This document shows, one piece after another, positions 25,047-34,121 of a stretch of DNA of 64,000 nucleotides. Each line of letters opens with the position of its first letter. Position 1 is the first letter of the stretch. Origin of the DNA: Mustelus asterias (Eukaryota); contig NC_135830.1 of assembly GCF_964213995.1 (NCBI RefSeq), forward strand, positions 4,464,001-4,528,000. Direction: 5' to 3'. The notes below the pieces were generated by a model. It did not search any database, had not been told where the DNA came from, and saw nothing but the letters and a program-made list of their open reading frames with translations. The position numbers were made by a program, and so were the translations under genes.

Positions 25047-26988
25047 GTGAGCACTCGGGTAGTGCACTAGAAAGCTTTAGATTGGCTAAGAGGGAGTTGA
25101 AGAGCGAGCTTAGAAGGGCTAAAAGGGGACATGAGAAGACTTTGGCGGATAGGGTTAAAGAGAATCCTAAGGCGTTCTATAGGTATGTCAAGAACAGAAG
25201 GTTGGTTAGGGCAAGTTTAGGGCCAGTTATAGATGGCAGAGGGAAGTTATGTGTGGAACCGGAGGAGATTGGTGAAGCATTGAACCAATATTTCTCTTCG
25301 GTGTTCACGCAAGGGGACATGAATATAGCTGAGAAGGACACTGGGTTGCAAGGGAGTAGAATAGACAGTATTACAGTTGATAAGGAGGATGTGCAGGATA
25401 TTCTGGAGGGTCTGAAAATAGATAAATCCCCTGGTCCGGATGGGATTTATCCAAGGATTCTCTGGGAGGCAAGAGAAGTGATTGCAGAGCCTCTGGCTCT
25501 GATCTTCAGGTCGTCGTTGGCCTCTGGTATAGTACCAGAAGATTGGAGGTTAGCGAATGTTGTCCCATTGTTTAAGAAGGGGAACAGAGACTTCCCCGGG
25601 AATTATAGACCGGTGAGTCTCACTTCTGTTGTCGGCAAGATGTTGGAAAAAATTATAAGGGATAGGATTTATAGTTATTTGGAGAGTAATGAATTGATAG
25701 GTGATAGTCAGCATGGTTTTGTGGCAGGTAGGTCGTGCCTTACTAACCTTATTGAGTTTTTTGAGAAAGTGACCAAGGAGGTGGATGGGGGCAAGGCAGT
25801 GGACGTGGTATATATGGATTTTAGTAAGGCGTTTGATAAGGTTCACCATGGTAGGCTTCTGCAGAAAATGCAGATGTATGGGATTGGGGGTGATCTAGGA
25901 AATTGGATCAGGAATTGGCTAGCGGATAGGAAACAGAGGGTGGTGGTTGATAGTAAATATTCATCATGGAGTGCGGTTACAAGTGGTGTACCTCAGGGAT
26001 CTGTTTTGGGGCCACTGCTGTTTGTAATATTTATTAATGATCTGGATGAGGGTATAGTTGGGTGGATTAGCAAATTTGCTGATGACACCAAAGTCGGTGG
26101 TGTGGTAGACAGTGAGGAAGGGTGTCGTAGTCTGCAGGAAGACTTAGACAGGTTGCAAAGTTGGGCCGAGAGGTGGCGGATGGAGTTTAATGCGGAGAAG
26201 TGTGAGGTAATTCACTTTGGTAGGAATAACAGATGTGTTGAGTATAGGGCTAACGGGAGGACTTTGAATAGTGTGGAGGAGCAGAGGGATCTAGGTGTAT
26301 GTGTGCATAGATCCCTGAAAGTTGGGAATCAAGTAGATAAGGTTGTTAAGAAGGCATATGGTGTCTTGGCGTTTATTGGTAGGGGGATTGAATTTAGGAG
26401 TCGTAGCGTTATGTTGCAACTGTACACAACTCTGGTGCGGCCGCACTTGGAGTACTGTGTGCAGTTCTGGTCCCCACATTACAGGAAGGATGTGGAGGCT
26501 TTGGAGAGGGTGCAGAGGAGGTTTACCAGGATGTTGCCTGGTATGGAGGGGAGATCCTATGAGGAGAGGCTGAGGGATTTGAGATTGTTTTCGCTGGAAA
26601 GGCGGCGGCTAAGAGGGGATCTTATTGAAACATATAAGATGATTAGAGGTTTAGATAGGGTGGATAGTGATAGCCTTTTTCCTCTGATGGAGAAATCCAG
26701 CACGAGGGGGCATGGCTTTAAATTGAGGGGGGGTAGTTATAGAACCGATGTCAGGGGTAGGTTCTTTACCCAGAGGGTGGTGAGGGATTGGAATGCCCTG
26801 CCAGCATCAGTAGTAAATGCGCCTAGTTTGGGGGCGTTTAAGAGATCCGTAGATAGGTTCATGGACGAAAAGAAATTGGTTTAGGTTGGAGGGTCACAGT
26901 TTTTTTTTTTTTTTTTTAACTGGTCGGTGCAACATCGTGGGCCGAAGGGCCTGTTCTGCGCTGTAATGTTCTATGTTCTATGTTCTAT
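25047..26988 (+). mobile_element. Young 5'-truncated CR1 LINE with an uninterrupted 600-codon ORF2 (complete RT domain, no endonuclease)
   Basis: ORF 25082-26884: KSPGPDG, NYRPVSLTS, QHGF, YMDFSKAFD, GVPQGSVLGP, KFADDTK; (GTTCTAT)n tail. Confidence 0.93.
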
Positions 26989-27369
26989 TTTTCTCCAAAT
27001 CATTTATATATATTACAAACAGCAAAGGTTCCAGCACTGATCCCCGAGGAACGCCACTTGTCCCAGCTCTCCATTCAGAAATGTACCCTTCCACTGCTAC
27101 CCTCTGTCTTCTTTGACCGAGCCAGTTTTGTATCCACCTTGCCAGCTCACCTCTGATCCCATGCAACTTCACCTCCTGCACCAGTCTGCCTCGTACACCT
27201 ACACGGGTGCTCCGGTTTCCTCCCACAGTCCAAACGACTTGCTGGTTAGGCGCATTGGCCATGCTAATTTCTCCCTCAGTGTACCCGAACAGGCGCCTGA
27301 GTGTGGCGACTATGCGATTTTCAGAGTAACTTCATTGCAATGTTAATGTAAGCCGACTTGTGACACTAG

Positions 27370-28950
27370 CGCATCAAGGTAGATAAATCCCCGGGACCTG
27401 ATGAAGTGTATCCCAGGACATTGTGGGAGGCTAGGGAGGAAATTGCGGGTCCCCTAGCCGAGATATTTGAATCATCGATAGACGCGGGTGAGGTGCCTGA
27501 AGATTGGAGAGTGGCAAACGTTGTGCCTTTGTTTAAAAAGGGCTGCAGAGAAAAGCCTGGAAACTACAGGCTAGTGAGCCTCACATCTTGGTGGGTAAAT
27601 TGTTGGAAGGTATTTTGAGAGACAGGATCTACAAACATTTAGAGATGCAAGTACTGATTAGGGACAGTCAGCATGGTTTTGTGAGTGGAAAATCATGTCT
27701 CACAAATTTGATTGAGTCTTTTGAAGGGGTAACCAAGAAGGTAGATGAGGGCAGTGCAGTTGATGTTGTCTACATGGACATCAGCAAGGCCTTTGACAAA
27801 GTACTGCATGGTAGGTTGTTGCATAAGGTTAAATCTCACGGGATCCAGGGTGAGGTATCTAAATGGATACAAAATTGGCTTCTTGACAGAAGACAGAGAG
27901 TGGTTGTAGAGAATCGTTTTTCAAACTGGAGGCCTGTGACCAGCGGTGTGCCTCAGGGATCAGTGCTGGGTCCACTGTTATTTGTCATTTATATTAATGA
28001 TTTGGATGAGAATATAGGAGGCATGGTTAGTAAGTTTGCAGATGTCACTAAGATTGGTGGCATAGTGGACAGTGAAGAAAGTTATCTCCAATTGCAACGG
28101 GATCTTAATCAATTGGGCCAGTGGGCTGACGAATGGCAGATGGAGTTTAATTTAGACAAACGCGAAGTGATGCATTTTGTAGATTGAACCAGGGCAGGAC
28201 TTACTCAGTTAATGATAGGGCGTTGGGAAGAGTTACAGAACAAAGAGATCTAAGGGTACATGTTCATAGCTCCTTGAAAGTGGAGTCACAGGTGGACAGA
28301 GTGGTGAAGAAGGCATTCGGCATGCTTGGTTTCATTGGTCAGAACATTGAATACAGGAGTTGGGACATCTTGTTGAAGTTGTACAAGACATTGGTAAGGC
28401 CACACGTGGAATACTATGTACAGTTCTGGTCACCCTATTATAGAAAGGATATTATTACACTAGAAAGAGTGCAGAAGAGAATTACTAGGATGCTACCAGA
28501 CTTGATGGTTTGAGTTATAAGGAGAGGCTGGATCGACTGGGACATTTTTCCTCTGGAGCTTAGGAGGCTGAGGGTGATGTTATAGAGGTCTATAAAATAA
28601 TGAGGGGCATAGATCAGCTAGATAGTCAATATCTTTTCCCAAAGGTAGGGGGAGTCTAAAACTAGAGGGCATAGGTTTAAGGTGAGAGGGGAGAGATAGA
28701 AAAGTGTCCAGAGCGGCAATTTTTTCGCCCAGAGGGTGATGAGTGTCTGGAACAAGCTGCCAGAGGTAGTAGTAGAGGGGGGTACAATGTGGTCTTTTAA
28801 AAAGCATTTGGACAGTTACATGGGTAAAATGGGTATAGAGGGATATGGGCGAAATGCGGACAATTGGGACTAGCTCAGGGGTTTAAAAAAAAGGGTGGCA
28901 TGGACAAGTTGGGCCGAAGGGTCCGTTTCCATGCTGTAAACTTCTATGCC
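27370..28950 (+). mobile_element. CR1 LINE, frameshifted RT (same subfamily as 62585-64000)
   Basis: ORFs 27406-28513 carry RT motifs; closely similar to 62925-64000. Confidence 0.9.
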
Positions 28951-29340
28951 TGTTTGCCCTGGATCAAACTGACACCCAGGAGCTCCCAAATGCTGCAGCT
29001 TGAATGTGTACTAATAAACTATTTATTTTATCCAATGATAATTTATTTTTGTTTTTAAGTATTCTATTAACCTTATCACCTATTGCAATACTATTTTGAT
29101 CTTTAGGAAAAGAATAAATCTTAGTCACTTAGCAGATACTCACCAAAAATCTAGCTTCTTCTCCTGTAGAAGAGTAAGATCACTTCCTAAAGGCTGAGAA
29201 AGTTAGAAAGTAAAACAGCACCTCTTTTCCTTCCTTCCCTAACTCCCTTACTTGCCCAACTCTCAGAACTCTATTCTAAGCTGCTCAAGTGATGCCGGTT
29301 CAGAGCTGCTTCTGAGCCGTCGATCCAAGACAATACTCAC

Positions 29341-29494
29341 TTGCTGACATGGACACCAAGGCCTGTATAGGTCTCCAGGCCATCATGCACACCATCATGA
29401 TGGGGAGAATGGAGATGGTGTTGCCAGCCATGTACCTGATGAACAGATTCATGGGCAACTGTTTCAATGGGCCCAAGACGATGTCTCAGCAGCG
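29341..29494 (-). pseudogene. EMC4: EMC4-like exon 3 (154 nt), TGG>TGA at 29488-29486
   Basis: TTTCTGTTTTCAG|CGC acceptor and GCA A|GTGAGT donor; [20 protein letters not shown] motif. Confidence 0.92.
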
Positions 29495-29700
29495 CTGAAA
29501 ACAGAAAGTGAGCAGGGTATCAGTAAAGAGGGCCGGTTAGGGGAGGCCATATGCTGATCTTATACCCAGGCCTGGAAGTAAGGATGACGATTAACCCTTT
29601 ATCACACAGGCTGCTGTGGTTCATCAAGGTACTTCACCACCGTGGACAAACCAGGGGCATTGTCAGCCACACACTAAAGACACATTCAAATCCAACTTAC

Positions 29701-29812
29701 TTTCTCAACTAGGATCCGGTCTGTTTCTTGGACGCAGATGTCCGGTAGCTGTTTGTCCGAATATGCGACTGGGCACATGGAGTCTCTCTGGCCACACTGT
29801 TGATCACGGCTC
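29701..29812 (-). pseudogene. EMC4: EMC4-like exon 2 (112 nt)
   Basis: TTTCTCATAG|G acceptor and GAG AAA|GTAAGT donor; ...[21 protein letters not shown]. Confidence 0.9.
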
Positions 29813-30304
29813 CTATGAGAAACAGAAAACACAAATTGGTCACCCTTTCAAGACCTTCTTTAAAGAGGGAGTCTCTCTGTTGAGGACCCCAACGTGGTGG
29901 CAATAGTGCCAGCATGAACTAAAGCTTGGGCAAACCTCAGAAACACACTGCCGTTGTGTCCACTGAACTGCCACGGGAATGGAGGATGGCAGAAGTGGAT
30001 TAGTGTCAATTGATAATCAGGGTGCCAATCCACTTGCCCTCCATTTAGGGACAAAGCAAAAAATCACCTAATATACCAAATTGTATCTTGAAAACGAACA
30101 CTGCGGGACATTGAGAGAGATCCAGTTCAGCACCGGGTCCTGGAAACGAGCAATCGTTCCCCCAACCACCACCGCAGTTGGCACCTGATCAGGTGGAGGG
30201 GCTGAAACCAAAAGGGCATCTCAGGGTCATGACCTGGGGAAAAGATGCCAAGTTGGGTCCGAGTGGTTTCTGGGGGATTTGAGGGGCTGCTTTGTGATGA
30301 GGAG

Positions 30305-30947
30305 TGTAAGAGATAATCATTAACATAGAAAAAGATAATCACTCCCTAAGAAGCCCTCACATATCATCACATATCTTATTAAGCATACACTTGTACCCTT
30401 TTAAGTGCACATTATCTTACCAGGCCAATACACATGGATGAACATGAAGGCTAAAAGAAGTCAAGCAAACACACAGAAGCTGAAAGTAATTTCCTAAATG
30501 AACCTAAGATAGTCAAACAAACACACATCTTCAAAAAGGACTGGGCTTAGCAGGATGCCCCACAATAGTTGAGCAAACGACAACCTTGGAAATAGATAAC
30601 AAACTTCAGACAAAAAGGCAAGATGAAACCACAATGATATCATAGCACATTCATGAGTGACCAATCAAAAAGAAGACAGATAAGGTAGGTCTAGTAAACA
30701 ATGGCGACTAACGAAAAGTGGCCTTGGGTCTGCAAAGATAGCCTTGAATGTAAGATAAGAATGATGAGATATGAAGCTAAAATGTGTATAAAGAGACTGT
30801 AAGCGCGCTGGTTCTTTGGATTCATCCGGAAATCCCGGCTTTGTTGACTTGTATTGGAAAATAAAGCCTTGCTGCCTGCAAGATCAAGACTCAGACTCTC
30901 TATTCTGATTGGCGCACTCTCCTTGCCGTCCACGGGGAACCACGGCA
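30305..30947 (+). mobile_element. Solo LTR, 643 bp, 4-bp TSD, inside EMC4-like intron 1
   Basis: TGTAAG...CACGGCA termini, flanked by GGAG (30301-30304, 30948-30951). CCAAT at 30661, TATAAA near 30787 and AATAAA near 30860. Confidence 0.85.
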
Positions 30948-31111
30948 GGAGCTCGGTGAGGGGTAAAAGAGGCGTGAAAAACCCGGGGTTGGGAAGTTTT
31001 GGGTTGGTTCCACATCCCCAGGTCAGTGTGCGGTGGCCTCCCCTCAGGAGAGACGGGCTGACCCGGCTTGCCTCCTACTCGAGCCCCCGGCTTCCCGCGC
31101 GGCCTCCGCAC

Positions 31112-31191
31112 CTGCTGCTGCCACTCAGGTTAAACTCGAGTGTCCACTTGTGCCAGCGCGCGCGGTTGACAAGCCCCGCCCCTGCCGCCAT
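31112..31191 (-). pseudogene. EMC4: EMC4-like coding exon 1 (80 nt)
   Basis: GTC-ATG-G start within a CpG island; GLVNRARWHKWTLE resembles EMC4 GLVANRGRRFKWAIE. The phase-2 donor AG|GTGCGG fits exon 2. Confidence 0.85.
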
Positions 31192-31450
31192 GACAACGCC
31201 GCCGACCGTTAATCGTCCCCCCTTTCAAATCTGATTCCGATCAAGAGAAGAAGCCGCGCGCTTCCGTCAACAAAACACTCCCGCTCCAATGCGCGTGTGC
31301 AAGCCCAGCCGCCTTCGCGTTCTGCCGGCACCGCCTAAAGTCCCGCCCCACATCGTCGCCATCTTTGTTAGGGGCACATCTGTTCCGACTCTCCACCTTC
31401 TGTCCAAATGGAGCACATTTGCCCCGCACAAAGATGGACATCACTTAATG
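31192..31450 (-). promoter_or_regulatory. CpG-island housekeeping-type promoter of the EMC4-like gene
   Basis: High CpG density, CCAAT near 31286, GC box CCCGCCCC near 31342, and a YY1-like AAGATGGCG (minus strand, ~31357-31365). Confidence 0.7.
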
Positions 31451-32600
31451 TCAGAGATATTTGCAATATTGAGTCCAGATGACCTTTTGTCAAAGCAAAA
31501 AGACATAGAAAGTGGGATATATTTATACTGCAGGGTGAGGGAATGAAAGATGAGCTATAGCCACAGAAACCAGGGGAAAATACTGCTAATGGCCGTCACA
31601 TTCTCTCTTTGGACAGCCATTACAGCACCAGGGACTCAGGTTTGTTTCTCGGCTTGGGGTGACTGTCTGTGCGGAGTCTGCACGTTCTCCAGGTGTTCCT
31701 GCTTCCTCCCACACACCACCTTTTTCTTCTCATGAAAATTCAGTATTTCCGATCGCCCTGAATGAATTTTGAGGTTCAGGTCAGAGCGAATAAATAAAAG
31801 CAAAAATCTGTGGATGCTGGAATCTGAAACAAAACTGAAAATGAACCACTGTGGTAAATGCATCATTCTCAATCTATTTTACCAGGTATTTGTTTCATTA
31901 TTCAACATTTAACATCGATACATTTATTTATTCTGCATCTCCTGATTCTGAATTGAATATCTCTGACATATGCAGCATTGAATTGCAAATATGACTGACC
32001 AACAAAACAGATCGAGTCACTGGTTAATGCACATCCCATGATGCTCATTTGAGATTGACCACAATCAGTTTATAAACAAAATCAAATATCTTTAATGGGA
32101 AGAGATTTAAGAATGACCAGTTAGTTTATTCTGGGTGTGAAATATCCTGGTGCCTAAATCCCATTAATCTATAGGAAAGTCCAGTAGATCCGCACTGAAC
32201 CTCGATTTCCTCATCAGCATGAATGGTTTTCCCGATATCTTTATTATGAAAACCGATTTTAAAAAGATGTTTCTGTGCAATGTGCACCAATTCCTCGAGT
32301 TCAGTTACAGTATCACTTGTGTCTGTCTTTATGAGCACACACTACTATTAGACATGTTTCAGATGGTGATTAACTATGTTGGTCTACATCTATAAACCCA
32401 TGCATCGAACAAGTTGCTAATATATGCACGGTGTCAAAATACAAACATTTCTTTCCTGCAACTGCATCTAAACATGCAGCATTTCTGATTTTCCTGAAAG
32501 CATTTGAGACCGAGGTCAAAACAAACATAATATGGCAACATCGAGAATTGGATAATGTTCAGCAAATAACCAACATTATGCATACTTCCTGAAATGATAA

Positions 32601-32673
32601 AGTTTCTGTCTGGTTTTGAACCAGGGACTGCTCACGCGTGAGGCAAACACGATAACCACTACACTACAGAAAC
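32601..32673 (-). pseudogene. tRNA-Val(CAC) pseudogene (cassette copy 1)
   Basis: Reverse complement GTTTCTGTAGTGTAGTGGTTATCGTGTTTGCCTCACGCGTGAGCAGTCCCTGGTTCAAAACCAGACAGAAACT, with many mismatches in the D and anticodon stems. Confidence 0.8.
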
Positions 32674-32751
32674 TACCAGCAGTTAGGTGCAGCCAATCGA
32701 CCTGTGTGCAAGGTTCAACTCTGCTGTGTTGCTGCAGGTTCTCATGGTTAG

Positions 32752-34085
32752 ACTATCCACCAGTACCTATTACAAGCCCACCGACTCCCACAACTATCTT
32801 GGCTGCAGCTCTTCACACCCCACATCCTGAAAGGACTCCATCCCATTCTCTTCATTCTTTCGCCTCCGCCGCATCTGTTCTGATTATGCCACTTTCCTAA
32901 CTAGCGTTGCAGATATGTCTTTCTTCTTCAACAGTTGAGCTTTTCCACCCACTGTTGTTGACAGGGCTCTTGACCATGTCCGACCCATCCCCCCGCCACT
33001 GCTCTCACTCCCTCCCCTCCCTCCCAGAACCAGGACAGGGTTCCCCTTGTCTTCACTTTTCACCCAACCAGCCTCCGCATTCAAAGGATCATCCTCTGCC
33101 ATTGCTGCCAATTCCAGCATGATGCCACTACCCAACACATCTTCCCTTTAACCCCCCCCCCCCCCCAACCACCAGCATTCCACAAGGATCGTCCTCTCTG
33201 GGATACCCTGGTCCACTCCTCCATCCCACCCAACATCCTATCCCCTACCCATAACACCTTCCCATGCAATAGTAGAAGGTGCAACACCTGCCACTTTACC
33301 TCCTCCCTGTTCACCTCCCGGGTCCTAAACGTCCTTTCAGGTGAAGCAGTGCTTCACATGCACCTTCTCCAACCTGGTCTATTCAATTCACTGCTCTCAA
33401 TCCAGTCTACTCTACATCGGAGAGACCAAACACAAATTGGGTGACCACTTTGTTGAACACCTTCAGTCCGTCTGCAAGCAGGACCCAGAGCTTCCGGTCA
33501 CTTGCCACTTCAACACACCACCCTGCTCTCCTGCCCACGTGTCCGTCCTTGGCCTTTTCCAATGTTCTAGTGAACCCCAATGCAAATTGGACGAACAGAA
33601 CCTCATCTTCTGATTGGGCACTTTACAGCCTTCCAGACTGAACATTGAGTTCAAGAACTTCAGACCATGATTCTCCCCTCCACCTTCACCCCATTTCCAT
33701 TTATTTTATTTCATTTTGTTTCTTCTTTTCATCTCATTCATCCATTTTATCATACTTCTTTCTCACGTCCATTTTACAACTTCTTCATTCCTGCTCTCCT
33801 TCTCGCCCGCACCCGGTGTCCTCTCCAACCACTCCCCTCTCTCCGCCCCACCAACCCCCCTCCTCCCCCCCACCAACCCCCCTCCATTCAGGGCAAACCA
33901 TCTGTACCTCTGCTGTACCATTCTGATTAACACTTTTCACACCTCTCTCAGCCTTCCGCATTCTGCTTTTCATTCCCTTTGTCCAATTACAGCATCCCCC
34001 CTTCCACCCTCATAATATAAATCTTGTCTGATTTTCTTTGCCCTTAGCTCTGATGAAGGGTCATCCAAACTCGAAACATTGGCTA
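32752..34085 (+). mobile_element. Penelope-like element 3' remnant (RT C-terminus, GIY-YIG endonuclease, hammerhead-like end)
   Basis: YYKPTDSHNYL..SSHT..KDSIPFS...RLRRICS; FTCTFSNLVYSIHCSQ..LYIGETK.KL.D.F.EH (GIY-YIG). Pyrimidine-rich 3' region, then CTGATGAAGGGTCATCCAAACTCGAAAC at ~34049-34077. Confidence 0.85.
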
Positions 34086-34121
34086 GTTACTCAATATTTG
34101 TTTCGTTATTCAATATTTCAG

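Larger units (their letters stand above)
23742..27190 (-). mobile_element. Older CR1 LINE on the minus strand, split by two plus-strand CR1 insertions
   Basis: Minus-strand RT pieces 26978-27190 (GVPRGSVLEP), 24783-25046 (KFADDTK) and 23881-24388 join collinearly once the inserts are removed. Confidence 0.85.
29341..31191 (-). pseudogene. EMC4: EMC4 (ER membrane protein complex subunit 4) unprocessed partial duplicate: exons 1-3 only, in-frame stop
   Basis: Spliced exons 31191-31112, 29812-29701 and 29494-29341 join in frame through canonical GT/AG sites. Translation: [114 protein letters not shown]. This matches vertebrate EMC4 as recalled (...[51 protein letters not shown]). No C-terminal exons found in the window. 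Confidence 0.92.

Noticed and set aside
25082-26884. 600-aa RT ORF as a domesticated gene or an autonomous element
   Set aside because: It starts at the 5' truncation point without a proper ATG and lacks the endonuclease and ORF1; intactness reflects young age.
29486-29488. In-frame TGA in EMC4 as selenocysteine or read-through
   Set aside because: The position is a conserved Trp (TGG>TGA), other conserved residues are also changed (FIMYM>FIRYM), downstream exons are missing, and no SECIS is seen.
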